This document shows, in pieces, positions 53,011-63,442 of a DNA stretch of 64,000 nt. This stretch comes from Parcubacteria group bacterium Gr01-1014_8 (GTDB lineage Bacteria > Patescibacteriota > Minisyncoccia > Phycocordibacterales > UBA2100): assembly GCA_007376385.1 (NCBI GenBank), contig VMGC01000005.1:64001-128000 (forward strand). Reading direction: 5' to 3'. Each line of letters starts with the position of its first letter. Position 1 is the stretch's first letter. The notes beneath the pieces were generated by a model that made no database searches, had not been told where the DNA came from, and worked only from the letters and a program-made list of their open reading frames with translations. The position numbers and the translations under genes are program-made.

Positions 53011-53484
53011 ATGAAGATAAAGATGAACAAGACAGTACTCATTGCGGGCTCCCTCGCCATTCTGGCTATTGTTGCGCTCTCCGCCTACTTTTTACTATCC
53101 GGCGGGCGCACAGGAGAAGGAGTCCTAGGCGGTTTTGTTTCGGGGCCAGGCCCCGATGAGAGACCGAGATCTATGTTGCTGACCATATGGAGGAGCACGG
53201 GCAGCATCAAGTACACCCGAGAATTCAAGGCAAACGGCAGTCTTATTGATTCATACGACAGCGCTCCGGCTGCTCCGCTCGGAGGCAGATGGATGATAGT
53301 CAATCCACTCCTCGAAACAGCGCTTCCCGTACCAGCAGAGAGCCTCGACTCGACCGTAATAAAGATAATGTTTGATACAGGTGACGTGTTTTATTTTGGT
53401 GTTGATGCTCTATCTGAAACAGAACTGAGGCTAAAGAACTTAAGCGGCAATGGGAACACATTGCGCTACAGCAAGATGAAGTAA
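53011..53484 (+). CDS. Hypothetical membrane-anchored protein
   Basis: N-terminal TM anchor. No recognisable motif. Confidence 0.4.
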   Translation: MKIKMNKTVLIAGSLAILAIVALSAYFLLSGGRTGEGVLGGFVSGPGPDERPRSMLLTIWRSTGSIKYTREFKANGSLIDSYDSAPAAPLGGRWMIVNPLLETALPVPAESLDSTVIKIMFDTGDVFYFGVDALSETELRLKNLSGNGNTLRYSKMK

Positions 53485-53508
53485 GAGATTCTGTGCAAGA
53501 TCACAAGA

Positions 53509-53787
53509 TCAGATGCCGAGCAGTTTGCCGAACGTAACGATAGCAGTTCCGACGAAACGTATAGGGTCAACTTTTGCGCGAGACGTGCGAGAGCTCGTGT
53601 TCGCGTACGTACCCGGATAGAGGTACATCTCTACATATGAATCTCTTGCAGCCATTCTGTTCGTTATCTGTGTCGTATCGGGGCTGGCGACGGGACCGAA
53701 TGCCAGATAGTACCCGCCGGCGATAATGACAACGACGCTGACCACAATTGTCGCAAGAGGGGAGACAGGACTCATATTTTGTTGCAT
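53509..53787 (-). CDS. Small membrane protein
   Basis: 92 aa with one TM helix near the N-terminus. Confidence 0.35.
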   Translation of the reverse strand: MQQNMSPVSPLATIVVSVVVIIAGGYYLAFGPVASPDTTQITNRMAARDSYVEMYLYPGTYANTSSRTSRAKVDPIRFVGTAIVTFGKLLGI

Positions 53788-53925
53788 AAAATGTTCAGCA
53801 CTTACGTTAGATACTGTAATTATACGAGTTATTTGGATACTTTAGGTACCTCCTGTGAATAGCATCACAACACCAGATTTTCTCCATGTGTGCAAGTGTG
53901 AGGGCATGATATAACGCGAGCCCAT

Positions 53926-54450
53926 ATGAATAGGGCTTCTATACAGCTTTCCTGCCTCGCATCCATGATGGCAGCCGTGTTTATGATCGTACCCGTAACT
54001 GCGGATGCGCAATATTATGACGACTATGGCTCCCAAATAGCGTATGAGGAAGTGTACGACTTTGGTTATGGATACGATTACAGTGATTTCTACGATACCT
54101 ACGATTATTACGATTACGGATATGACGACTACTCGCAGTACCAGTGGGTGAGTTACGGGGGAAACTATGGAGGCGGATACAATTCTCCCTACCAGTCTGC
54201 GTATCCATATCAAGCAGCGTTTCCGGTCTCATACGGCCAGCAGCAATATGGCCAACCGTACGCGCAGTACACTTTTTCCGCATACCAATTCAATTCTCCG
54301 TATCAATACACGTACAATGCATCGCCTACCGGCGATTACATTCCATACGTGAACGAGCCGCTGTGCGACTACCCGGGCTATGGCCGCTATTCGTGCAGTT
54401 ATCATCCAAGCCAGCCGATATACGACTACTGGACAGGTACCTGGTACTAG
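53926..54450 (+). CDS. Secreted tyrosine-rich low-complexity protein
   Basis: Signal peptide, then ~150 aa dominated by Tyr/Asp/Gly/Gln repeats (YDYSDFYDTYDYYDYGYDDYSQYQW..) and a C-terminal CDYPGYGRYSCSYHP. Confidence 0.55.
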   Translation: MNRASIQLSCLASMMAAVFMIVPVTADAQYYDDYGSQIAYEEVYDFGYGYDYSDFYDTYDYYDYGYDDYSQYQWVSYGGNYGGGYNSPYQSAYPYQAAFPVSYGQQQYGQPYAQYTFSAYQFNSPYQYTYNASPTGDYIPYVNEPLCDYPGYGRYSCSYHPSQPIYDYWTGTWY

Positions 54451-54696
54451 AGAGGTGTTTGCTCGGCATGTGTTTGCAGCCGCTGGTGTCCGGCGCTGCA
54501 CATTCGGTCTGTTGCTCTTAGTACTTCCTACATTCAGCCTACTGGCTTCAGTATTTCCTCGTTCTTCACTTGGTCATCGCTCTGCGCTCGGCAGGCTGCA
54601 TACCTTAGTGGTGCCGACCGGCACCACTAAGGTATGCGTTCTTTGCGGGGATATCTTTCTTGTTTGGGGCATCGTACGCCTGCTACTGTTACTGGG

Positions 54697-55677
54697 ATGA
54701 TGTTAAGAATTAAGAGTGCAGCAGGCTTCGTTCTACTCTTGCTGCTTTTGCCGCCTCTCGTAGGCGCACAAGGGCTGCCTGAGTCGCCAGCGTCCCCCAA
54801 TAAAGACGTTGAGGCGCTCGTTCGCGCGGAATTTGCAGACATACCGCTCATGATATCCATCGCACAGTGCGAATCAGAAATGAGGCAGTATGGCCCGCCC
54901 GGCAAGGGCGCAAACGGGGCCCTGCACGGAGGCGCAGGCGGCGCGATGGTAGGAGTCTTTCAGATCCATGAAGGAGTTCACCGCGCGGCAGCCAAAGCAA
55001 AGGGCATGGATATTGATACGCTCGAAGGAAATATCGCCTACGCGCGCTACCTATTTCAAACAGAAGGTACGAATCCGTGGCTCTCATCAGCGTCGTGTTG
55101 GCAGAGTACAGCGATGACGATTTCCTCCGTTGTTGATCCTGGTTCGATTGTTGTACCCGGCGATGTTGCGGAGCATAAGATATACACGTTTAATTCGCGC
55201 ACGCTCACCGCCGCATTGAAAATCGGCGACACGAAGCCAGAGGTCATCACGCTGCAAAAGATGCTGAACGGATCAGGTTTTGTGCTTGCTGAGTCCGGCC
55301 CAGGCTCGCCGGGCAATGAGACATCTACCTTCGGCCCCTTAACACGCGCGGCAGTGCGAACCCTGCAGTGTCATTCAAAGATAATTTGCTCCGGCGACGA
55401 AAAAACGACTGGCTTTGGATTCGTCGGTCCGCGCACGCGTGCAGCCCTCATGCAATTTGCAAAGGATAACGTGTACGTTCAGCCAGAGCCGATAATTGTG
55501 ACTGTGCCCCTGGACGGGCAGGCCGGCAGCTCTTCAACGTCTACAGCGTCGACTACACCACCAGGTTCTTCCGGCTCACCGACTTCCATGACGCCAGAAA
55601 AAGCTGCTCAAATAGATCTCTTGCAAGCACAGATACATGAGTTGCAACATCGAATTGCCGAACTAATGGATACGTGA
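54697..55677 (+). CDS. Secreted transglycosylase-like domain protein with peptidoglycan-binding domain
   Basis: Signal peptide. ..IAQCESEMRQYG....GVFQI.. transglycosylase-like motif. PG_binding_1-like segment (ITLQKMLNGSGF....FGPLTRAAVRTLQ). Confidence 0.6.
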   Translation: MMLRIKSAAGFVLLLLLLPPLVGAQGLPESPASPNKDVEALVRAEFADIPLMISIAQCESEMRQYGPPGKGANGALHGGAGGAMVGVFQIHEGVHRAAAKAKGMDIDTLEGNIAYARYLFQTEGTNPWLSSASCWQSTAMTISSVVDPGSIVVPGDVAEHKIYTFNSRTLTAALKIGDTKPEVITLQKMLNGSGFVLAESGPGSPGNETSTFGPLTRAAVRTLQCHSKIICSGDEKTTGFGFVGPRTRAALMQFAKDNVYVQPEPIIVTVPLDGQAGSSSTSTASTTPPGSSGSPTSMTPEKAAQIDLLQAQIHELQHRIAELMDT

Positions 55678-55901
55678 GCACAAGAACCTGATATCGACCG
55701 GATATGGTGCCGTAGACCCCCGAACTCGCGCGGCGATAGCGGCTGTGTGCAGCTTTTGAATAGAATGTTAGTCAGCAGAATTGCCGAAGCTGTAGATACG
55801 TGAGCTAATATTTTGGGGTCAGTTTTCCACTGGCACATTGCCGGACGGCCTGCTATTCTGCAGCCAATGACTCACCCCGGAACGGCCGTCATGATGTGTA
55901 T

Positions 55902-58421
55902 ATGAAAAAACACATCCGACCGAGCGGCGTGCGACAACCGAGTGGCGAACGAGGACGTGGTGAGGACAGCAGTCCGAATCCAGGAAGTGCTGAGGCCAGC
56001 AGAGCGAACGTGGTCTGGATGGAGGAGGTCGGGATGAACGATGTCGCGAGCGTGGGGGGAAAGAACGCCTCGCTGGGCGAGCTTCTCGGTTCTGTCGGAA
56101 AAAAAGGAGTTCGAGTGCCGAGCGGTTTCATCGTCACTGCAGCAGCGTACGAGTACATATTGAAGAAAAATAATCTGAATGCATTTATTAAAGAGACTCT
56201 TAGTGGCATCCAGGTCCGCAACATCAAGGAACTTGCACGCCGCGCAAAGAAGATACGCGACAAGATAATCGCCTCAAAACTCCCGCCAGACCTGGCGGGA
56301 GAAATCGTTAAAGGGTATCGGGAGATGGAAAGGCAATACGGTAAAAATGTGGATGTTGCGGTCCGCTCCAGCGCGACTGCAGAAGACTTGCCGGATGCGA
56401 GTTTTGCAGGGCAACAGGAGACATACCTCGGCATCCGCGGAGAAGCAGCAGTCCTGAAAGCGGTGATGTGGACCATAGCGTCGCTCTTCAACGATAGAGC
56501 AATCGTATATCGCGCCGAAAAAGGATATTCCCATACACACATCGCACTTTCCGTCGGTGTTCAGAAAATGGTGCGGGCAGGGGAGGGCTCATCGGGCGTC
56601 ATGTTTACGCTCGACACCGAATCCGGATTCAAAGATGTGGTGCTGATCACCGCCTCGCTGGGGCTAGGCGAGCTTATCGTCCAAGGCCGCGTTTCTCCCG
56701 ATGAGTACATCGTATTCAAGCCGACGCTCGGCAAGTTTCCGAAACCAATCATCTCAAAGGCAATGGGCCAGAAGGAAGGCAAGATGGTGTACTCCAAGCA
56801 AAACGAATCAGTGGATATTTCGCGCGTAAAAGAAATTAAGACAAGTGAAAAAGAACGAAGCACGTTCTGTCTCTCGGACAAAGATATTCTTACGCTCGCA
56901 AAATGGGCGACGATGATAGAGGACCACTATACGAGGCGCCGCGGTTCATGGTCGCCGATGGACATCGAGTGGGCGAAAGATGGCGACGGGAAACTGTATA
57001 TCTTGCAGGCGCGGCCGGAGACCGTGCAAGTGAAGCGTGACGTCACGGTCTTTCGAGAATATTTGCTTCGCGGCAAACCGCGCAAACTTCTTGCGAAGGG
57101 TATATCAGTGGGGCACAGCATCGTCTCTGGACGTGCACGCGTTATCCATCACCCCAAGGAAGCAGAACAATTCAAGAAAGGCGAAATTCTCATCACGAAA
57201 ATGACAGACCCTGACTGGGGCCCGATCATGAAAATGGCAACCGCCATCGTAACGGATAGTGGCGGCAGGACCTCGCACGCGGCAATCGTCTCTCGCGAAC
57301 TTGGCATTCCGGCCATCGTCGGCGCTCATGACGCGACAAAAAAGATAAGGACGGGAGACATCATCACCATAGATGTCGCAGGCTCGGAAGGCAGGATTTA
57401 TCCGGGCAAGGTCTCCTTCACGATGACCGAACAGAACATCAAGGCGCTCCCGAAAACAAAAACGAAGCTCATGCTGAACCTCGCGTCGCCCGACATGGCA
57501 TTCGGCTATTCGCACTTGCCGGTGCAGGGCGTGGGCCTCGCGCGCGAAGAATTCATCATCGCGTCCTACATCGGCATCCATCCATCGGCGGTTCTCAATT
57601 TCAAAACGTTGCCCCCGGACATAAAGAAAAAAGTCGCGAACCGTACGCGCGGTTGGAGCGACCCGAGACAATTCTACATAGACAAGCTTGCCTTCGGTAT
57701 CGCCAAGATCGCGGCCGCATTCTATCCGAAGCAGGTCATCGTCCGTTTTTCTGATTTCAAGTCGAACGAGTATGCAGGCCTCATAGGCGGTGACTTGTAC
57801 GAGCCTAAAGAAGAAAACCCGATGATAGGGTGGCGTGGTGCGTCCCGCTACTACGCGCCGGCATTCCGCAAAGCGTTCGAGCTGGAAATAAAGGCGTTCT
57901 TGAAAGTGCGCAACGATATGGGGCTTAAGAACGTGATACCCATGGTGCCGTTCTGCCGCACTATTGAAGAGGCGAAAAAGGTTCTTGCGTTGATGGCGGA
58001 GGACGGACTTGTCCCGCGCTCGCTCGCGAAGAAGAAGAGCGAAGGAGTCGAAACCATCATGATGTGCGAGATACCGTCAAACGTCGTCCTTGCTGATGAA
58101 TTTCTCAACTACTTCGACGGTTTTTCCATCGGCTCGAACGACTTAACCCAGCTTGCGCTCGGACTCGACAGAGATTCTGGCACTATCGCCAAGGTGGGCA
58201 ACGAGAACGACCCGGCTATCCGAAAACTCATCAGTGGCGCAATAGATGCCTGCAAGAGGCGAAAGAAATATTCAGGCATCTGCGGCCAGGGTCCGTCGGA
58301 TCTTCCTGATTTTGGCGACTTTCTGGTGCGGAAGGGAATTGGGAGCATGTCGCTGAACCCCGACACGGTCGTCAAAACGCTGGTGCGGATCGCGAAGCTG
58401 GAGAAAAAGTTGAAGTTCTAA
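55902..58421 (+). CDS. ppsA: Phosphoenolpyruvate synthase (pyruvate, water dikinase)
   Basis: N-terminal ..VVWMEEVGMNDVASVGGKNASLGEL.., phospho-His domain GGRTSHAAIVSRELGIPAIVG, and a C-terminal PEP-utilising TIM-barrel. Start codon uncertain (GTG 55896 / ATG 55902). Confidence 0.9.
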   Translation: MKKHIRPSGVRQPSGERGRGEDSSPNPGSAEASRANVVWMEEVGMNDVASVGGKNASLGELLGSVGKKGVRVPSGFIVTAAAYEYILKKNNLNAFIKETLSGIQVRNIKELARRAKKIRDKIIASKLPPDLAGEIVKGYREMERQYGKNVDVAVRSSATAEDLPDASFAGQQETYLGIRGEAAVLKAVMWTIASLFNDRAIVYRAEKGYSHTHIALSVGVQKMVRAGEGSSGVMFTLDTESGFKDVVLITASLGLGELIVQGRVSPDEYIVFKPTLGKFPKPIISKAMGQKEGKMVYSKQNESVDISRVKEIKTSEKERSTFCLSDKDILTLAKWATMIEDHYTRRRGSWSPMDIEWAKDGDGKLYILQARPETVQVKRDVTVFREYLLRGKPRKLLAKGISVGHSIVSGRARVIHHPKEAEQFKKGEILITKMTDPDWGPIMKMATAIVTDSGGRTSHAAIVSRELGIPAIVGAHDATKKIRTGDIITIDVAGSEGRIYPGKVSFTMTEQNIKALPKTKTKLMLNLASPDMAFGYSHLPVQGVGLAREEFIIASYIGIHPSAVLNFKTLPPDIKKKVANRTRGWSDPRQFYIDKLAFGIAKIAAAFYPKQVIVRFSDFKSNEYAGLIGGDLYEPKEENPMIGWRGASRYYAPAFRKAFELEIKAFLKVRNDMGLKNVIPMVPFCRTIEEAKKVLALMAEDGLVPRSLAKKKSEGVETIMMCEIPSNVVLADEFLNYFDGFSIGSNDLTQLALGLDRDSGTIAKVGNENDPAIRKLISGAIDACKRRKKYSGICGQGPSDLPDFGDFLVRKGIGSMSLNPDTVVKTLVRIAKLEKKLKF

Positions 58422-58512
58422 TCAAGAGTCTCTGCATAGAGCTCAAATCCAAAATACCATAATGGTGCCGGTCGGCACCATTATGGTATTTCGTTTTTCA
58501 TGGTGAGAAGCG

Positions 58513-59070
58513 TCAACCTGCGCTCTCTCGCTCGATAACGTCCTGTATCTCGCGAATATCTTTTACGTTCTCCATCCATCTGAGTTCTCTGTCTGTTTTC
58601 GAAATACCGAGGTGATGGTGCAAGGCATCATGCATACGCAATATTTTCGTTATTTCTGCTTCCGCACGCACGTCTATTTCGAAATCCATCTGTTGGCGTA
58701 GGTCCGCAATTTTGCTCTGTCTGTTCTGGCTGATGAGGACGACGATGGCGAGACCGATTGCTTCAAGCGAGACTACCATCGTAAGGAGCCCGAATGGGAA
58801 CGGGTCAAATATAGGGAGTCCTAGCCATCCCAGATTCCACTCTATCCAGCCGATGAAGAACCCCGCATGCCAGATCAGGAACCAGACAGTGCCGAACTGT
58901 ACGGTCATGAAATCGGCGACTTTATCGGTCCAGTGCCGCTCAAACTTGAGCTGGGACTTGAACATTTCAGCCTTATGCTTCGCCTTCTTTTTGTGCTCCT
59001 CTTTTACTTCAAGGGTATGTTTTATTGGCTCCATCTCCGGCATCCTACCCCCGGCTCGACTTCTCCTCAA
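58513..59070 (-). CDS. DUF1003 family membrane protein
   Basis: Two TM helices followed by a charged helical C-terminal region typical of DUF1003. Confidence 0.65.
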   Translation of the reverse strand: MRRSRAGGRMPEMEPIKHTLEVKEEHKKKAKHKAEMFKSQLKFERHWTDKVADFMTVQFGTVWFLIWHAGFFIGWIEWNLGWLGLPIFDPFPFGLLTMVVSLEAIGLAIVVLISQNRQSKIADLRQQMDFEIDVRAEAEITKILRMHDALHHHLGISKTDRELRWMENVKDIREIQDVIERESAG

Positions 59071-59113
59071 CTGGCGTCTCGCGTTGGGCTCTCAAGCATG
59101 CCGATTGCGGAGG

Positions 59114-59222
59114 CCTTTATTGGCGAGCGTTGCGAGCGAAGCGAAAATGTATTCATTTTCATTTTCGAGCCGAGGAGCCAACATAGGGTCGAATACCCCG
59201 CGGTATGAATACCCTTTATTTT
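59114..59222 (+). repeat. Intergenic structured repeat, family 1, diverged copy 3
   Basis: TTTATTGGCGAGCGTTGCGAGCGAAGCGAAAATG-TATT-CATTTTC..GAGCCGAGGAGCCAACATAGGG-TCGAATA-CCC. It keeps the direct repeat and both hairpins with different stem sequences, i.e. compensatory changes. Confidence 0.5.
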
Positions 59223-59581
59223 AAGAGCCTGTCGATAGCATCAATGATGCCTTGTGCTGATTCATCTGATTTCACTACGTAGCCGCGGATACCGAGCGCC
59301 ATTCCTTCCGCGATGTTATCCATTGAAGACACGTTGGAGGTAATGAGTACAGGCGTTTTACCCTCGCCGTATTTTTTGTTCAGTTCCTTCAGGAATTGGA
59401 GGCCGTCCATTCCAGGCATCTTGATATCAAGAAGGATGCCGTCGGGCTGTGATTCGCTCATTTTTTGCAGCCCCTCGCTTCCGTCACTCGCACATACCAC
59501 TTCGTACTCTGCGCTGTCCAGCTCTCCTTTCATGAGACTCTTGAAAGTCTCGTCATCATCGATAATAAGTATTTTCTTCAT
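59216..59581 (-). CDS. Orphan single-domain response regulator (CheY-like)
   Basis: ILIIDDDE..D..LLDIKMPGMDG..K.. Confidence 0.85.
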   Translation of the reverse strand: MKKILIIDDDETFKSLMKGELDSAEYEVVCASDGSEGLQKMSESQPDGILLDIKMPGMDGLQFLKELNKKYGEGKTPVLITSNVSSMDNIAEGMALGIRGYVVKSDESAQGIIDAIDRLLK

Positions 59582-59743
59582 GGACTAGTTGTTTCTTTTT
59601 GCGCCACCGGGAGGGTGAAATAAAATGTACTTCCGACCCCAACTTTGGTCACAACGCCGGTAATACCTCCGTGCCCCTATTATACCCTTGGCGATGGCGA
59701 GCCCAAGGCCTGATCCTCGCATTCTCGGGATTGCCTTGTTATC

Positions 59744-59775
59744 GAAAACCAAAACGCCCAGCGATAGCGCGGGGC
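59744..59775 (-). terminator. Rho-independent terminator downstream of 59802..61136 gene
   Basis: On the minus strand: GAACGCCCCGCGCTATCGCTGGGCGTT followed by TTGGTTTT. Confidence 0.55.
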
Positions 59776-59801
59776 GTTCTCCACTCCTTTGTTAGAAGAA
59801 G

Positions 59802-61136
59802 TTACGGTTGGACGAATGACTGGGTCGAACTCGTTGCCGTGTTGTTCGCTGCGTCCGTCGTCTCTATAGCGTAGTAGTACGTTGTACTTGCCGTAAGCCC
59901 AGAGAGTCCGAGCAGGTGGTTTGTTACGAGCGTGCTATTAAACGCGTTCAAGGTCGGACTCGCCAGCGTGACAGGCGTTGTTGTGCCGTACCATACTTTA
60001 CTCGAGGCGTTTTCGTTCGTCGCCCATATCACGTTTGCTGCCGTTGCAGAGGTAGACGATGCGTTTAGACCCGAGATAATTGGTGCGGTTGTGTCAGGCG
60101 TTCCTGTCGTGAACGTCGAATCTCCCGAAGTTGCACTGTTGCCCGCAGCATCTTTCGAGATAACGCGGAAGTGGTACAGCGTTCCGTTGGTGAGACCCGT
60201 AATCGCGACGCTGTGACTTGTCACAAGCGTTGCATTAAGCGTTGTCGTTGCCCCGTAGGAAGTTGTTGTTCCGTATTCGACTTGGGATGTTGCGCCTTCG
60301 TTGGTGTTCCACTGGATCGTTGCTCCTGCAGTTGTGATGCTTGTCGCAGCAATGTTGCTGAACGTCGGAGCAGTTGTGTCGGTTGGTGTCCCGCCCCCTG
60401 CACATACGCCGACAGAGTCGCCGTGAGCGAGGTGGGCTCCGAGAGCCGGAATTGCGATGACGAGTGTTTGCGGAGACGCACCGGCTGGCTTGTGGCACAG
60501 AGTCACAAATCCTTGTCCCGGCGTCGTCGAGCTGATCTCAAGTCCAAGTCTCTTGATGATGCCGAACGGAAGTTCTCGGCCGATGAAGAGCGAAAGGATT
60601 TTAGCCTGCGTCTTTGGGCCAAAGATACCGATGGAATCAATGCCGTGCTTTTTCTGGAACAGGCGCAGCGCTGCTTCGGTTCTCGGGCCAAAGAATCCAG
60701 TTATGAATTCCGGCGAGAAGAGCGAAGGATCCTGTGCAAGAAGTTCCTGCAAGTCGCGCACGTCATCGCCTGACATGCCGCGTGAGAGCGAGCGAAGGAA
60801 TTTCAGGTCCTTTCTCACATCCTTTATATCGGATTTTGTTTCTTTTATCTCGACTTTGAGCGCTGCTCGCGCTGCGTCGTTCGAATCGTCGTTGCTCAAG
60901 GCCTTCTTGTCCGCCTTCAGCTTTGCGAGCTCTTCTTGCAGAATCTTAATCTGCTGCATGAGCGCATCGGTGGTTGTGCCAAGTGCTCCGAAGTTGAACA
61001 CCCACGACTTGTTGCCGTTGTTACTCTTTCCCGACTTTCCATGTTCGCCGTCATTATCGTTGTCTGCATATGCGAGCGGTGCCATAGCGAGGCCCATGAA
61101 CATTGCAGAGATTATTCCTACTCGTAATAGATACAT
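59802..61136 (-). CDS. Secreted protein with coiled-coil, peptidoglycan-binding domain and two fibronectin type III-like repeats
   Basis: Signal peptide. PG_binding_1-like ..DVRDLQELLAQD......GFFGPRTEAALRLFQ... Two Thr/Ser-rich FN3-like repeats (..TAPT.S.I.A.....A.I.W.TNE.A.S.V.YGTTT.Y..). Confidence 0.6.
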   Translation of the reverse strand: MYLLRVGIISAMFMGLAMAPLAYADNDNDGEHGKSGKSNNGNKSWVFNFGALGTTTDALMQQIKILQEELAKLKADKKALSNDDSNDAARAALKVEIKETKSDIKDVRKDLKFLRSLSRGMSGDDVRDLQELLAQDPSLFSPEFITGFFGPRTEAALRLFQKKHGIDSIGIFGPKTQAKILSLFIGRELPFGIIKRLGLEISSTTPGQGFVTLCHKPAGASPQTLVIAIPALGAHLAHGDSVGVCAGGGTPTDTTAPTFSNIAATSITTAGATIQWNTNEGATSQVEYGTTTSYGATTTLNATLVTSHSVAITGLTNGTLYHFRVISKDAAGNSATSGDSTFTTGTPDTTAPIISGLNASSTSATAANVIWATNENASSKVWYGTTTPVTLASPTLNAFNSTLVTNHLLGLSGLTASTTYYYAIETTDAANNTATSSTQSFVQP

Positions 61137-61433
61137 ATTTGCTATTGCTTTATTACTAAGTTTATAAGCCGCACGAATGTGGATTATACACCCGTACTTG
61201 TAGGTAGGACGGTGGGGGAGTGCGCTTCTTGCGGTTGCCCAGATTAGCACACGTTTACAGCGTACTTGTCAATTTTCGGCAGTCCCAACCAATCATCAAG
61301 CACTGACGATAGTCTTGAATCCACCGTACGCCATCTTTTTCGTTCTTCCCGGCCAGCAAATAGGGCAGGGACCGCTTCCGCGAAACTTGTGACCGCGGTT
61401 GCAAGTTCTCCATGGAGATTTCTTTTTCATTGT

Positions 61434-61700
61434 TCAATCTTCGTTGTCGTGAATGTTATCGATTGGGACCCACCATTTTGTTGGCACCCCGTTAACAGCA
61501 ATCATAACCTCTCCTTCAGGCTGACCCTGAAAGTTTTCTCTGACGCGTGTTAATTTATATTCTCCATGAGGACCGGGTTCCTTTACTCCCGTCCAATCAA
61601 CACTTACACGAAGTCCTATTTTGCCGCGAAGTTTTGGGTACTTCCAAAGCAGTCTCGCGTCGTTTTCTTCTTGAGGTGGAGTAATATTTTCCGGACTCAT
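61434..61700 (-). CDS. Hypothetical protein
   Basis: 88 aa. Overlaps the upstream membrane-protein gene by 4 nt, so it is operonic. Confidence 0.4.
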   Translation of the reverse strand: MSPENITPPQEENDARLLWKYPKLRGKIGLRVSVDWTGVKEPGPHGEYKLTRVRENFQGQPEGEVMIAVNGVPTKWWVPIDNIHDNED

Positions 61701-62122
61701 ACCACTGGAATTGCAGGTTGTGTATTACGCATGCGCAATTTTCCGCCGAGCCACACGAGAGGGAATGCAGTGACCGCAAGCAGGGTGGGGTACCAATGTT
61801 GAGAGAGATTCCATCCTGCAACCACGCCGGCTATCCCGCCGATGACTCCCAAAACCGCGAGAATTTTTACATGTCGCATTTGTTCGTCCGGTGCGAGCAT
61901 AGCGGTCACATATCCGCCTACGATTGCGTACAGACTGCGGTACAGAAAGGCCACAACGAGCATCCATGTGACAAATAATCCTTGGTCAGACACGGGAGGG
62001 AAAATGCCCACTTGTTCGAGCACCCAATCAGTGCCCATTGATAAAACAACAACGGTGATAAGACCTGCAAGAACTGCACCAATGCTTTTAAGGATTGTCA
62101 TGCGGTAATTATTTACCCTCAA
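61697..62122 (-). CDS. Hypothetical 4-TM membrane protein
   Basis: Four hydrophobic helices. Confidence 0.5.
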   Translation of the reverse strand: MRVNNYRMTILKSIGAVLAGLITVVVLSMGTDWVLEQVGIFPPVSDQGLFVTWMLVVAFLYRSLYAIVGGYVTAMLAPDEQMRHVKILAVLGVIGGIAGVVAGWNLSQHWYPTLLAVTAFPLVWLGGKLRMRNTQPAIPVV

Positions 62123-62223
62123 ATGCTTTCTGCAAAGTCGCGATGTACGATGAATGAGATGGCCTCGCTGACTTTTGTGAGGGCACGGGGGAGATCATAT
62201 CAAATCGAGGCTGGATTGAGTGT

Positions 62224-62796
62224 CTACTGCACAAGACAGTATGAGGGGTAGTATCCGCACATGAAGCCCCGAAGTTGTATCCTGTTGGCTTCTGTCTGCC
62301 TTTCGGTAAATTCATTGAACTGTCGCCACGCCTCTTGTTCGTCGATACTTCCGCTACGCAGTCTTCTTTCAATAGCGCCAAGCCCTTCAGCGATGAGGAG
62401 ACCGGGATATGAGCGAGTCCCGTTTGCTTCGTATGCGCGTAATGCCATGCCGTATTCACGGGAGAACCGGGTAAGATTTTCCACCAACTTTCCTAACGCT
62501 GGCTGTCCCGTTTTGTTATACACGGCGGAGTCGTAATTCATGCGCGCGATTTGCATACGCTCTTGGGCGTCATCGACTGCTTCATCGAACGGTCCGAACG
62601 GAGGATCTCCCGGGCGCCATCTCGGTACAGGCCGCAATTCGGCAGGAAGTTCATCAGGATTTTCCTGTGCGAATGCCGGTCCGAACATCATCACTCCGGC
62701 CGCTACTCCTGCCGCTTCTCCTGTCATTCGCAGAAAGTCTCTTCTGCTTGGAAGATTATTTGGAAGCGGTAGTTTTTCCTTGCCGTCCATTGTCAC
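62224..62796 (-). CDS. Hypothetical Tat-signal secreted protein
   Basis: Twin-arginine motif SRRDFLRMTGEAAGVAAGVMMFGPAFA. Confidence 0.5.
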   Translation of the reverse strand: MTMDGKEKLPLPNNLPSRRDFLRMTGEAAGVAAGVMMFGPAFAQENPDELPAELRPVPRWRPGDPPFGPFDEAVDDAQERMQIARMNYDSAVYNKTGQPALGKLVENLTRFSREYGMALRAYEANGTRSYPGLLIAEGLGAIERRLRSGSIDEQEAWRQFNEFTERQTEANRIQLRGFMCGYYPSYCLVQ

Positions 62797-62867
62797 ACGT
62801 TAACTATACTCTCCTCGACAACCTTTCAAAATGGCGGGGATGCCACCGTCCTGCGAAAAACCGTGTT

Positions 62868-63269
62868 TTACATTTCTTTTGGCTGTATCACGCCAACACG
62901 GTTGCCTTCGGTGTCGAGAATGCTCACGTAGAGTCCAATGCCCGGAATGTCGTCGGGAACGCCGGGCTTTTGTCCGCCCAAGACCGTGCCTCCCGCGTCG
63001 GCCACTTTCTTCATCGCCTCTCGAATATCTTTGACCGCTATGACGACATTCGGGTATTGGTCGGATTTTGTTCTCTTAAATATTCCGCCGTTTATTCTGC
63101 CTGGCTTTGTCGGCATTCTGTCTTTATCCATTTCCGTTGTGTGAATGACAGTATAATTTGCCATTTCCGGTCCGAGGTGCTGTGCGTGCCAGCCGAACGC
63201 CTTTCCATAAAAATCTGCGGCGCGCTTCTGGTCGTCCGCAGGCATCTCAAAGTGAACTACAGGGTCCAT
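62868..63269 (-). CDS. VOC-family (glyoxalase/bleomycin-resistance-like) protein
   Basis: ~133-aa beta-alpha-beta-beta-beta fold: ..VVHFEMPADD..RAADFYGKAFGW.., ..GTVLGG... Confidence 0.75.
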   Translation of the reverse strand: MDPVVHFEMPADDQKRAADFYGKAFGWHAQHLGPEMANYTVIHTTEMDKDRMPTKPGRINGGIFKRTKSDQYPNVVIAVKDIREAMKKVADAGGTVLGGQKPGVPDDIPGIGLYVSILDTEGNRVGVIQPKEM

Positions 63270-63442
63270 AGTGTGTGCTCATTATGATGATAATTATTAG
63301 GAACCCAGTATAGCAAAATCACCTTTTCAGAAGACTTGAAACAAATTGCCTGTCCGCAGCGTACTAGGGGCAATGCGGGGTAGGTTTATCCGTGCATTAA
63401 GCGCTGTAAGACGCCAGCAATCGTTTGCGTCTGTATACACAT

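Noticed and set aside
52826-53014. 62-aa ORF and the 34195..34467 minus ORF sharing the peptide AEIFLAGTPA(L/S)ENPSVV
   Set aside because: The shared peptide comes from translating copies of repeat family 2. It is not evidence of a protein family.
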